In this document: piece after piece, positions 48,968 to 58,481 of the stretch
Layout: every line of letters starts with the position of its first letter
Position numbering within the stretch: the first letter of the stretch is position 1
Source: a virus
Direction: 5' to 3' (one strand)
Length of the DNA stretch: 64,000 bases
IMG/VR virus record: IMGVR_UViG_3300022924_000016
Span: 77,324-141,323 of that record
Made by a program: the position numbers and the translations under genes
Notes under the pieces: generated by a model
Seen by the model: the letters and a program-made list of their open reading frames with translations, nothing else
What the model was told of the DNA's origin: nothing
The model's database searches: none

Positions 48968-49356
48968 GAGAAGAAATTATAAGTTTCGAGACGGCTAAAG
49001 TAGCTAAGGAAAAAGGATTTGGGTGGTTTATTGGAGATAATAGAGATGTCTATTTTTGGGGAGAGCTACATAAAAGGGAAGACGTTGATTGGAATATAAC
49101 GCACCCTGATTTTCAAGATAGATTTGTCCCTGCCCCAACACAATCGCTCTTACAACGTTGGCTTAGAGAAGTACATAATATTATAGTTGATGTTATATAT
49201 GATGAGAACTCTGAAGACCAGTTTGAATATCTTTTATCAATCTATAAAGATAAACTAGATATTATAAATTCCGAACATGAACTTTATGAGATGTTTTGGG
49301 ATAATTACGAAGAGGCTTTGGAAGAAGGGTTACAAAAAGCTTTAGAACTAATATGA
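48964..49356 (+). CDS. Conserved Bacteroidota-phage hypothetical protein
   Basis: ISFETAK.AKEKGF...APTQSLLQRWLRE.H...YEEALE.GL..AL.LI. Confidence 0.7.
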   Translation: MREEIISFETAKVAKEKGFGWFIGDNRDVYFWGELHKREDVDWNITHPDFQDRFVPAPTQSLLQRWLREVHNIIVDVIYDENSEDQFEYLLSIYKDKLDIINSEHELYEMFWDNYEEALEEGLQKALELI

Positions 49357-50570
49357 GCAGTTTAGCACACAAAGAAGAGCTGTTTTTTATTTTGTCCGCC
49401 ACAATGGAAAAAGAAGAAGCAGAAAGAATTGCTAGTAATTTTTCTCCTAAGAAACCTACTTTAAATCCTATCAAAGGTTCGGACACTTATAAATATTATA
49501 TCCAAAAATATATAGAAAATGGTTGGAATTCATATTGGGAATCTAGAATTTTCAAGTATGTGAATGGGAAGTGGGATACTTTTATGAGATGGGACAGTTC
49601 GGGATTTATCCAAGCGGAGGAAACAGTAAAAAGACTAGAATTAGGAGGTAACACAGTAATAGAAAATTAATTATGGAAATTACATGGACTTGGAATTGGT
49701 TAGAAACTGTTGGTTTTGTTGTTTTAACTGTTTTCGGCGGATTTTATTTATTAAGGCTCCTGTTGCAACTATGGCTCTATCTTAAATTTAAAGGTAAGAT
49801 ATGAGAGGATATTTAACACAACTAGGTGGGTATTTATACTTTACCGAAATGAATAGACAACCTCAATTAGATTCTTTTATTATTCAGGGAAAAGTAAAAT
49901 CAGTTTATTTTTACACATTTAATGAGGAATCCACTGAATTATGGATGAGTTATAATCCTTTTCCGCGTAAAAGAAAAGTAGATAAATATTCAAGACCAAT
50001 AAGATTAAGTAATAATCCAGAATTAGGTTTGCCAAATTTTACATCAGATCAATTTTTAGAGATTATGAAATATGTTGAAAAACCAAATGAAATTATAAGA
50101 TTATGAAAACAAACTATGATGTTGCAATTGGCTATAGGGCCGTGATTACAGCTACGATAAAAGCAGAATCAGAAGAACAGGCTAGAGAACTAGCTTTAAA
50201 AGAATTTGAAAAGTTCAGGTCTAATGCTAACAAAGGTAATTTACAGTTATCAGATGATAGTTTTGAAATTGCAGGTGTTTTAGACTTGGATAAATCTTGG
50301 AATATATTATAGAATGTTTTCAAATGAACAATGGCGTACTCTATCAGACCGCTTTAACAAAAATACCTTCACAGGAAAACTTATTTTAATCAAGAGTAAT
50401 CCTGAGATATTTAAGCTAGAATATGATGGAGACTGTTTTTGGCTGAGACTACACGATAACCAAGCACAGTTGAAAGAATTTGACAGGCTTTTTAACTTTC
50501 CACAATTATTAACTTTTGAACAGATGAGGGATTTATTTTCTCTTTCTGATTGTAAACTTTTTCCCGCGAA

Positions 50571-50870
50571 ATGATAAAACACTTCATAAGATTTATAAAA
50601 CCAATACTACTTGAACCAATAAGGTACTTAGAAAATATCCTAGTTGTCATAGAATGGAGCTTTAAACTATGGTTAATGACCTTAGTAATACCGTTAACTG
50701 TAACTGTTTTAGTAGCCTTCTTCAGTATTTTAGGTGGATTTGAGAAATTCAGTCTAGAGTTTTGGATATTTTACTACTACGACGGCTATTTGTGTGGTTT
50801 GATAGCATGGAGAATACATTTAGGCTTATTGTTTTTATGCGGAATATATGTAATTAATAAAATAATTTAA
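50571..50870 (+). CDS. Membrane protein
   Basis: Hydrophobic helices. Confidence 0.5.
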   Translation: MIKHFIRFIKPILLEPIRYLENILVVIEWSFKLWLMTLVIPLTVTVLVAFFSILGGFEKFSLEFWIFYYYDGYLCGLIAWRIHLGLLFLCGIYVINKII

Positions 50871-51762
50871 AATGGAAGAAATTAAAGGATTTACAATATT
50901 AAAAGAAATACCATTGTTCGATGTATTTGAATACTGCGAACTCGATGAAGACGATTTAATAAGGTCAACAGAGGATTATGAGATAGCCTACACAAAAGAG
51001 CAGTGCTTAAGCCTACCTGAATTTTTTAAACCAATTTATGAATAATATGTACGCAATTGACGACAACTTTTTTGATGAGATTCAAGATATAGCAGAACAT
51101 TTTGAATATGAATTTTTAATAGAGCAACCTGTAGATTTTACAGTGGAAGCTTATGAATGCGATTTAGAGAAAATAGGCATCCTCAGTGGAGAGGAAATAG
51201 CCGAGCGTGTTTTTAGTGAAGACAGGTTTTCAGAGGAAATGTATGAAGACCAAGAAAAAATCGCAAAAATACTAAATGAAAATATAGATTTTGAAAAGAT
51301 AAATACCCTGTTGCCTAGCTTATGGTATCCGAGCAATAGAAAAATAGTATTAACAAGAGACGAATTGATAAACGAAATTAAATAAAATGAAACAATACGA
51401 AATCCAAGAAAAGAACGATTGGGACTTAGATAGTTACTCTATTGTTGAGCCAAAATTAAAAACCATTACTATTTTTGAATAAAATGCAAGAACCAGATAA
51501 AACAAACGGTATGTACTTAGTGTACAAAAAATACAAAGGATTTAAAGTTAAGCATCAAAGTTATGAGGCTTTGGTATGCGGATTTAACGAAAACAAAATA
51601 TTGTGTGCTACAGAACAGAGACCTGCCTGCTCCTTTAAAAAGTCAGAGTTAGATAAAGATTCTTATATCGACGAAGACTATAAAGATAAAAAGTATTACT
51701 ATCTATACAGTGATGAGATTTTACTTGATAAGCAAACAAAATCAGGGAGGAAAAAGAAATAG

Positions 51763-52104
51763 ATGCTTACCTATAAACAGATATCTCAAAAGTATTCAAT
51801 TCCTTTGAGCCTTATTTATAGAAGAGTTCATGTCTTAAAATTAAAAGGTTTCAAAAAAGGGCGCGAAATAAAATTTAAAGAAGACCAGATTTACCAAATA
51901 CTATACTACCAACCGCAAACAAATTCAAAACAGTTTGATCGAAGAAAACTTGCAATTATAGAATTCTATGAAAAATTTGGTACAGGTAATAAAGTATCCA
52001 GATTCTTAAATATACATAGAAATGTAGTAAACCAAGCAATAAGGGAATATAACGAAACAGGCTTTGTAATAGTCGAATCCAAAATGAATAAAATTGAACA
52101 GTAA
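51763..52104 (+). CDS. Putative HTH DNA-binding protein
   Basis: Two HTH-like segments: TYKQISQKYSIPLSLIYRRV and NKVSRFLNIHRNVVNQAI. Confidence 0.6.
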   Translation: MLTYKQISQKYSIPLSLIYRRVHVLKLKGFKKGREIKFKEDQIYQILYYQPQTNSKQFDRRKLAIIEFYEKFGTGNKVSRFLNIHRNVVNQAIREYNETGFVIVESKMNKIEQ

Positions 52105-52441
52105 AATGCAACTTCTGGACGTTACAATCCAATCACAAATTCTTCTTGAATCTTTAGAAAGCTTGCAAAGAACAGAATTTAATAAACAGTCTTTGAAATC
52201 AGCTTTGAAAGTCTTGATTAAGCAGTTAGAACCTTTATCGGAGAAGAATTATAATAAAGCTTTTGGTTTGGATGAATCAACTTTAGTTAACATAACTTAT
52301 GAGTACTCTCAATTAGCTAAAACCTTGTCAACTTTAAATATTCCAGATAAAGTCGGCTTGTCTCAAATGCTTTCCGCCTTTCAATTAGATCCTGAATCAA
52401 TGCAAGCAACAACACATAGAATATTAAAAAAACATAAATGA
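52094..52441 (+). CDS. Hypothetical protein
   Basis: ORF. Confidence 0.55.
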   Translation: MNSKMQLLDVTIQSQILLESLESLQRTEFNKQSLKSALKVLIKQLEPLSEKNYNKAFGLDESTLVNITYEYSQLAKTLSTLNIPDKVGLSQMLSAFQLDPESMQATTHRILKKHK

Positions 52442-52758
52442 AAGAAAAACAATACATAGAAAAATACGGCTTTGATATATTCTTTCCAGAAGACGTTAAG
52501 AAAATGCTTGGAAAAGAGCTTATTGAGGAAACAGATAGCTATACAATAGAGGGTAAAATTATAGATTACAAATTTAGTGAAGACTGTATTTTGAAAGAGG
52601 GAGAAAAATACCTAGCCTTTCAGATGCTTTTTAAGACTGACGATAACAAAGAGATTTGGAGCCTGGCTTATCCCACTGATATAAAAGCCCCACCAATTTA
52701 CGATGACTATACAGATGGATTGACCAAAAGATTTAAAAAACATATAAATAATAGTTAA
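52438..52758 (+). CDS. Hypothetical protein
   Basis: ORF. Confidence 0.55.
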   Translation: MKEKQYIEKYGFDIFFPEDVKKMLGKELIEETDSYTIEGKIIDYKFSEDCILKEGEKYLAFQMLFKTDDNKEIWSLAYPTDIKAPPIYDDYTDGLTKRFKKHINNS

Positions 52759-52795
52759 AATTAAGACCGTCCCTTGTGAGCGGTTTTTAATTTTT
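52757..52795 (+). terminator. Intrinsic terminator
   Basis: AAGACCGT/GCGGTTTT stem followed by a T-rich tail. Confidence 0.55.
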
Positions 52796-52796
52796 A

Positions 52797-52804
52797 TATA
52801 TTTG
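52797..52804 (+). promoter_or_regulatory. -7 promoter element for the RNA ligase
   Basis: TATATTTG. Confidence 0.65.
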
Positions 52805-52829
52805 CTGAGTAATATTTAAAACAATAAAA

Positions 52830-54089
52830 ATGAAGTTATCAGTTAATGAACACAGTAAGAACTATGCTTGTTCTGTTGTAGAAATTAAAGATTTGTTTCC
52901 TATTGAAGGGGCGGATAAAATATTAAGAGCAGTTGTAAACGGTAATAATGTAGTAGTTCCAAATACAACACAATTGGGATCAAAAATGCTTTACTTTGTT
53001 TCAGGAACAAAACTATCTTCTGACTATTGTCATAAAAATGATTTGTATGATAAGTCTGAAGAGAACTACAATAAGGATAAACGAGGTTTTATAAGTTTCA
53101 ATCAAAAACGCGTCAAAGCAATTAAGCTTAGAGGTATTGTGTCAGATGGTATGTTGATGCCTTTAACTTCACTATTGGCTTTTTTAGAAGATGTAAATAT
53201 TAGTGGTTTTAAAGCGGGCGATGAGTTTACAGAAATTAATGGAAATACTTTATGTGAAAAATATGTAGTACCCGTGAAATCTAATGGGCAAGGTTCTGTA
53301 AAAACACCTAAAGAAAATAAACTCAAAGATTTGATTATAGAGAGCCAATTTCGCTTTCACCACGAAACTGAACATTTTGTAAAGAACATAGACAAATTTA
53401 ATCTAGAAACAGAGATTATCATAACTAGAAAATTGCACGGCAGTAGTTTAATACTTTCCAATGTTTTAGTTGCAAAGAAACTTTCTCTCAAAGAGAGGGT
53501 TTTAAACTTTTTTGGCGCTAACATACCTAAGACAGAATATGGATATATTTTTTCATCGGGAAAACCAAAGGGAAAATTACCTAAGGGAGTTGAATCTGAA
53601 ACAAACAAATGGGAAACACCAAACCCAAGCTACTATAATTCGGATATTTGGGCAAGAGCTTATAATGAAAACAAGCACTGTCTTGAAAAAGGTATCTCTT
53701 TATATGGCGAAATTGTGGGTCAAGGTATTCAAGGAGAACAGTTCACTTACAATATAGAGCATGGTATTTTTATTTATCGTATAACTCAAACATCCGTTGA
53801 TGGAAATGTGTATGAGTTTTCTTGGGAACAAGTTAAAAGATATTGTGAAAAATATGGTCTAAATTATGTCCAAGAATATTTTTCAGGAAAGGTTAAAGAA
53901 TTCGGAGAAGATTTCCTAGAAAGTTTGAGAGAAAAATATTTAAATAAGAGTTACAAGGACTGCAAGATTGATGAAGGCGTATGTATTAAAATAAGAAGCA
54001 CGGATGAAATCTTTAAGTTTAAAAGTCCTAACTTTATAAAGATGGAATCAGATAATCAAGAAAATGAAGTTCAAGAAACAGAAAGCTAA
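52830..54089 (+). CDS. RNA ligase (Rnl2/DRB0094-like) with N-terminal OB-fold
   Basis: PIEGADKI, VKAIKLRG.VS.GML, motif I TRKLHGSS, LYGEIVG.GIQ, DEGVCIK, FKFKS..F. Confidence 0.85.
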   Translation: MKLSVNEHSKNYACSVVEIKDLFPIEGADKILRAVVNGNNVVVPNTTQLGSKMLYFVSGTKLSSDYCHKNDLYDKSEENYNKDKRGFISFNQKRVKAIKLRGIVSDGMLMPLTSLLAFLEDVNISGFKAGDEFTEINGNTLCEKYVVPVKSNGQGSVKTPKENKLKDLIIESQFRFHHETEHFVKNIDKFNLETEIIITRKLHGSSLILSNVLVAKKLSLKERVLNFFGANIPKTEYGYIFSSGKPKGKLPKGVESETNKWETPNPSYYNSDIWARAYNENKHCLEKGISLYGEIVGQGIQGEQFTYNIEHGIFIYRITQTSVDGNVYEFSWEQVKRYCEKYGLNYVQEYFSGKVKEFGEDFLESLREKYLNKSYKDCKIDEGVCIKIRSTDEIFKFKSPNFIKMESDNQENEVQETES

Positions 54090-54091
54090 AT

Positions 54092-54229
54092 ATGAACATA
54101 AAAATAACACAAGAACAGCATTTAGAGTTATGTAAGTGGGAATATGAAGAGTACTTATTTGGCTCACAATTGCACGGTAATGCTGTCAAGAATTTAGGTG
54201 AGTATATTGTAAAGCTCTTGAAGAAATAA
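54092..54229 (+). pseudogene. Truncated Pol-beta nucleotidyltransferase (RlaP-like) fragment
   Basis: 45 aa with YLFGSQLHG; the expected DxD that should follow is absent. Confidence 0.45.
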
Positions 54230-54234
54230 TTTCT

Positions 54235-54266
54235 ATTCCCCATTCAGAAATGTTTGGGGATTTTTT
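54235..54266 (+). terminator. Intrinsic terminator
   Basis: ATTCCCCA...TGGGGATTTTTT. Confidence 0.7.
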
Positions 54267-54341
54267 ATTTTAACAATATTTTAAGTTTTTAATACCGAAT
54301 TTATTGTTATCTTTGACTATTAATAATTTAAAAAGTAAAAT

Positions 54342-54506
54342 ATGCACTTAGATCAAGTAATCAAAGACTTAAAAGTTAAACAGTATGGGTATAATGACGT
54401 AGTAGAAGTGCTTCAATCTGTAACGGCTATAAGCAACTCTAAAATTCGACCAAAGGAACTTAAAAAGCACGATGTTATAAGAACTTTTGAAGTCCGCAAT
54501 AAATAA
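54342..54506 (+). pseudogene. N-terminal fragment paralogous to 55887-56300
   Basis: ..LQSVTAISNSKIRPKELKKHDVIRTFEVRNK* vs ..INSITSIETKRPIKLRKGDVIVRECFTTTKKRP; own TATCTTTG at 54308-54315. Confidence 0.6.
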
Positions 54507-54519
54507 TAAATTAACACAT

Positions 54520-54550
54520 TTTGTTTTTAAGATATTAGTCTTTATATTTG
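54520..54550 (+). promoter_or_regulatory. Bacteroidota sigma-70 promoter
   Basis: TTTG 54520-54523, 19-nt spacer, TATATTTG 54543-54550. Confidence 0.7.
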
Positions 54551-54560
54551 CATTAGTATA

Positions 54561-54665
54561 AAGCTGTAGTATCTCACAATAAACAGTTTAATTATTTACA
54601 AACCTATTTATTTACAATAAGAAGCGAGGTGAGATACGCTTTTTAACATGTAAGTAGATAGGTTT
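54561..54665 (+). ncRNA. Putative kissing-loop cis-regulatory leader RNA (copy 3)
   Basis: Loop TATCTCAC (54570-54577) is complementary to loop GTGAGATA (54629-54636). Confidence 0.65.
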
Positions 54666-54678
54666 TATTATTATAAAA

Positions 54679-55395
54679 ATGTGCGAAAATAAAAAGAAAT
54701 GTAATGCCTGTCTTGAGTATAAAACCCTAGATCAATACTCAATAAATTCAGGTCTCAAAAGTCTGAAAAGTGTTTGTAAAAACTGTGAAAAATCACGCAA
54801 AAAGGTTGTCTGTGACAGTAGAAGATCTGCTTTAGGTGAGGTGGGGAAAATTTGTAAAATTTGCAACATAGATAAGCCCCTATCAGATTTTAAACTTTTA
54901 AAAAGCGGCCTTTTAGGAGTAGTCTCAAATTGCAAAACTTGTAAACTCCCTAAAAAAGAACCTATAAAAAGAAAGCTTATATGTGAGTGTGGTAATGAAA
55001 GGAAAGCCAGGAGAAAATTATGTGATAACTGTCAAGAAGAATTAAATAGAAATATAACTGAAAAGTTATGTAGAAAATGCAATAGCATTAAATCCTTAGA
55101 AGAATTTGGTAAAGGTAAATACTGTAAAACCTGTAATCAAGAGGAGTACTATAAAAAGACAGGTAGAGTAAGAAAAGAGCCTAGTTATACAGAAGATGGT
55201 AGAAAAGTCTGCTCGAGATGCAAGGAAACTAAAAACCTGGAGATGTTTTCAAAAGATGGGCACAGACACAGATCTGAATGTAAAATTTGCAGAAGCAATT
55301 TTAGGAAGTTACCAGAACAAAAAGAAAAGGAAAAATTAAATTATAGGAATTACATTGAGAGAAATTACGATAGATACAGAGAATCTTCAAAATAG
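54679..55395 (+). CDS. Multi-CxxC zinc-ribbon repeat protein (N-terminal half of a split HNH endonuclease)
   Basis: Repeated KxCxxC..K.L..F....CKxC units. Confidence 0.7.
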   Translation: MCENKKKCNACLEYKTLDQYSINSGLKSLKSVCKNCEKSRKKVVCDSRRSALGEVGKICKICNIDKPLSDFKLLKSGLLGVVSNCKTCKLPKKEPIKRKLICECGNERKARRKLCDNCQEELNRNITEKLCRKCNSIKSLEEFGKGKYCKTCNQEEYYKKTGRVRKEPSYTEDGRKVCSRCKETKNLEMFSKDGHRHRSECKICRSNFRKLPEQKEKEKLNYRNYIERNYDRYRESSK

Positions 55396-55828
55396 AGCTT
55401 TAGCTAAAAGAAAAAACAATAACCCTCTTTTTAAATTAACTTGTAGCGTCAGGGGTTTAATTCAAGGATCATTTAAATCAAATCTTGGTAATAAGTTTAA
55501 AAAGAACTCTAAAAGCCAAGAAATTCTAAGTTGTAATTGGGAAGAATTTAAAAATCACATTGAATCTCAATTTTTACCTTGGATGAATTGGGAAAATCAC
55601 GGTAGATGTGATGAGTTAGACTATAATTGTACATGGCACTTGGATCACATTGTTCCAATGAAATATGCAAAAACAGAAGAAGATATTTATCTTTTAAATC
55701 ATTGGTCAAACTTTCAACCTATGTGTGGTTATAAAAATATGTACCAAAAAGCCGACACATTTTATCCCTGTACTAATCTAGAGCTGAGAGTAACTTTTCT
55801 TGAAAATGAAATTTTATCATTAAATTAA
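55355..55828 (+). CDS. HNH/EndoVII-like nuclease domain (C-terminal half, +1 frame)
   Basis: PLFKL...R, EILSC..EEFK.HIESQF..WMNWEN.G, WHLDHIVP, NHWSNFQPM; weak TTG start. Confidence 0.7.
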   Translation: MREITIDTENLQNRALAKRKNNNPLFKLTCSVRGLIQGSFKSNLGNKFKKNSKSQEILSCNWEEFKNHIESQFLPWMNWENHGRCDELDYNCTWHLDHIVPMKYAKTEEDIYLLNHWSNFQPMCGYKNMYQKADTFYPCTNLELRVTFLENEILSLN

Positions 55829-55886
55829 CTTTTATATTCTTAATAATAGTCTATCTTTGGATTATTAATTTTAAAAATATTTAATT

Positions 55887-56300
55887 ATGCCCAGTAAAGA
55901 GCAAGTTTTAGCAACTGTCAAGAATGAAGCACATTCAGGTGCTATGGTTAAACACTTAATCAACTCAATAACTTCTATTGAAACTAAGCGTCCAATAAAA
56001 CTCCGCAAAGGAGATGTTATAGTCAGAGAATGCTTTACAACTACCAAGAAGAGGCCATATGTTCTGGTAAAAGTACTGAAAGAATTCTCTCTTGCACTAC
56101 CCTTATCTACAACAGAAGACTCTTTAAATTTATGTGAGAGTGATTCAAGATTCTTCAGAACAGGGTTTTTCTCAAACCAATTAGTGACTATAAAGAATCA
56201 AGACGCTATGGATAACTTTGCAGGTATTTACGATAATCCTAGAAGTTTAAACAAGGCTGTAAAAATTATGAAAGAATTCCTAGCTAAAAATCTAAGATAG
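55887..56300 (+). CDS. PemK/MazF-like endoribonuclease with N-terminal extension
   Basis: LRKGDVI...KKRPYVLV...ALPLST...QLVTI...G and a C-terminal helix; TATCTTTG at 55852-55859. Confidence 0.6.
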   Translation: MPSKEQVLATVKNEAHSGAMVKHLINSITSIETKRPIKLRKGDVIVRECFTTTKKRPYVLVKVLKEFSLALPLSTTEDSLNLCESDSRFFRTGFFSNQLVTIKNQDAMDNFAGIYDNPRSLNKAVKIMKEFLAKNLR

Positions 56301-56310
56301 TAAACAAGAA

Positions 56311-56351
56311 AATTCCCCTACCTAAACCAATTAAGGCTCAAGTAGGGGATT
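56311..56351. terminator. Hairpin at the convergence of the + and - transcription units
   Basis: TCCCCTAC...GTAGGGGA inverted repeat with A/T flanks. Confidence 0.65.
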
Positions 56352-56357
56352 ATTATT

Positions 56358-56615
56358 TTAGAGTAATTCTAAATTTGCTTTTTGTATTCTTGTATCGGCG
56401 AAATAAGACTTCAAAAGGATGTGCAATTGACTGAGTTCGCTATAATCTAACTCTAATCCTTTAAACTTTACACCATTACCTGTATCTTCGATTTCAAAAG
56501 CCATTTCTCCTGGATCAATCCATAAATCATTATCTGAGTAATATAAAATATGCTGTCCATTTAATTCTTCATAGTCATATTCGTGCTTACCATCTTCAAA
56601 TACTGCTGTCTTCAT
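56358..56615 (-). CDS. Hypothetical protein
   Basis: ORF. Confidence 0.55.
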   Translation of the reverse strand: MKTAVFEDGKHEYDYEELNGQHILYYSDNDLWIDPGEMAFEIEDTGNGVKFKGLELDYSELSQLHILLKSYFADTRIQKANLELL

Positions 56616-56866
56616 AGCAAATTCTTTTTTAAGATTTCGGTAATTTCATCTATTCTTGAAGCATATTGCATTTGTTCTTGTTGATTTGAAAACGTTTTTG
56701 CGAATAAGCCTTGAAAACCTGACCCTTTGCTTTTCTCTAGACTATCTATTAACTTTTCTATTTCAGCTTCTTTTGCGCGATATCCCGCTTTAAAAGCAGT
56801 AGCTTCAATGTACATGTTGTTTCTACTTGATATTCTATAATCTTCTGCTAATTTATCTAATTTCAT
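56612..56866 (-). CDS. Hypothetical protein
   Basis: ORF with AFKAGY motif. Confidence 0.55.
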   Translation of the reverse strand: MKLDKLAEDYRISSRNNMYIEATAFKAGYRAKEAEIEKLIDSLEKSKGSGFQGLFAKTFSNQQEQMQYASRIDEITEILKKNLL

Positions 56867-57367
56867 AATTCTCTCCTTTTTTGTTTATATAAACGCTCAG
56901 TTGTGCACAATTTTGAACCATTTTCATATATCTATAACCTAAATCATCAGGATCTAAGATAGATATATAAAAACAGTCCTCTTTTAGGTTAGGTAAAATT
57001 TTATCTTGAAATCTTACTTGACTTAGTATTAGTGGTAGATTCATTAAGGTTTTATTACAGCTATGTCTTTTAAATTTTTCTCGGCGTATTTCACACAATT
57101 ACTGCCTCATCTTTTTATTTAGGTCTATAAGTTTCCCTGAAATTTTATATGTTTCGTTAATAATACTATTTGCTTTTATTATTTTTCGGGCTTTAAATTC
57201 CTCACAAATAGTTTTTAATCTTTCTGAATCACATAAATGTATAGAGTCAGTAGTTTTTCCACCACTGTAGTAATAGTCTCCTATATTCACCTCAAATAAT
57301 AATATAAAATCTTCTTTTTTATTTGTATCCCTATTTAAAAGTGAAATAAAAATCTCATTGTCATTTA

Positions 57368-57751
57368 TCATAATATCGCCTTATTATCTTCAGTTAATTT
57401 TATTATTCTCAAAGGTATTTCTTTCTTCTGTGCAAGTTTTATAGTATAAGCAGTTCCTTTTGACACTTGATTATGAAATGCGATTAACAAGTCCGCGTCA
57501 TCTACAATCAAATGATTTCTTTTAATTGGTGCTACTTTTCCTGAATATTTTTCATAATCGGGTAAGTGTTCTATGAGTTTATAGTTTTCTTCCGCGCAAA
57601 AACGTTTTATTAAATTATCTGCTCCTGATTTGGCACCACCGCTTACAAACTGAATATCTTCTTTCAAGTTAGAAATCAAAAACTGTAATTTATTTTTGAA
57701 ATACTCATATTGATTAAAACTTCTCGAACCTATTACTGCTATTGTTTTCAT
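57368..57751 (-). CDS. SLOG family (DUF2493/YspA-like) protein
   Basis: IAVIGSR, VSGGA.SGAD, APIKRN..IV..AD.LIAF, SKGT. Confidence 0.85.
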   Translation of the reverse strand: MKTIAVIGSRSFNQYEYFKNKLQFLISNLKEDIQFVSGGAKSGADNLIKRFCAEENYKLIEHLPDYEKYSGKVAPIKRNHLIVDDADLLIAFHNQVSKGTAYTIKLAQKKEIPLRIIKLTEDNKAIL

Positions 57752-58122
57752 AATAATTCTACCTCTCCTATAGTGTGCGCATAACAGTTTGTCTTTTGAT
57801 GAAATTTAATTCTTACTTCGTGTTCATTTATAGGCTGACAAATCACTTCCCAAGCATCTGGATAAGAATCATAACCAGTTGACCCTCCTCCATATCTGGA
57901 ATCAATCACTATAAATTCTTTCCAATTATTTTCTTGTTTGTGTCTACTCGTGTAAAATTCTCCACTATTATCAAGAGTGTAGTACCTTAGTTTATTTTCT
58001 GTGTGTTTTACATAATCTTCATCACTGTAACACATATTGTAGAATTTATCTCGGCAACAAACTAACTTGTTTAAGTCTGAGTGATAAAATTTTTGGTCGT
58101 CTTGTAGTTTATCTGTTTTCAT
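57748..58122 (-). CDS. Hypothetical protein
   Basis: ORF with GGGSTG.DSYPDAW.V; start MKTDKL preferred. Confidence 0.55.
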   Translation of the reverse strand: MKTDKLQDDQKFYHSDLNKLVCCRDKFYNMCYSDEDYVKHTENKLRYYTLDNSGEFYTSRHKQENNWKEFIVIDSRYGGGSTGYDSYPDAWEVICQPINEHEVRIKFHQKTNCYAHTIGEVELL

Positions 58123-58481
58123 TAAAATGTTTTTAAAGCGTCTTCTTTTGTTTCGTAATAACCTCCAATCCAAGGTTGTAATAGTGTATCTAAATCAAGT
58201 TCAAAGTTTAGACCCACAGACAATATACCTTTCTCTGAATTACCCCACATCCTTCCCTCCATTGTGTCAATGAATTTTAACCTTGCTTTCAGTTCATATT
58301 TGATACAAGCCACTTTAAAACTAATAGCCATTTCTTCTCCTACTTTTTCAGGGGTTTCTCCTTGATGAGATCCTTGACCCAAAGAATAATTACCTGTCCA
58401 AATTTCGTATTTTTTCATAGCTGTTTTTTGAGATTCCTGTGCTAAATCCCAACCAACTCCTTTATAAGATTCTTTTTCCAT
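58122..58481 (-). CDS. Hypothetical protein
   Basis: YEIW.G.Y...A.SF..AC...YETKEDALKTF. Confidence 0.55.
   Translation of the reverse strand: MEKESYKGVGWDLAQESQKTAMKKYEIWTGNYSLGQGSHQGETPEKVGEEMAISFKVACIKYELKARLKFIDTMEGRMWGNSEKGILSVGLNFELDLDTLLQPWIGGYYETKEDALKTF

Noticed and set aside
493-54935. Numerous short minus-strand ORFs in the track (and plus-strand ORFs at 22346, 53512, 60476, 63253)
   Set aside because: They are shadows of longer genes and have no motifs or start context
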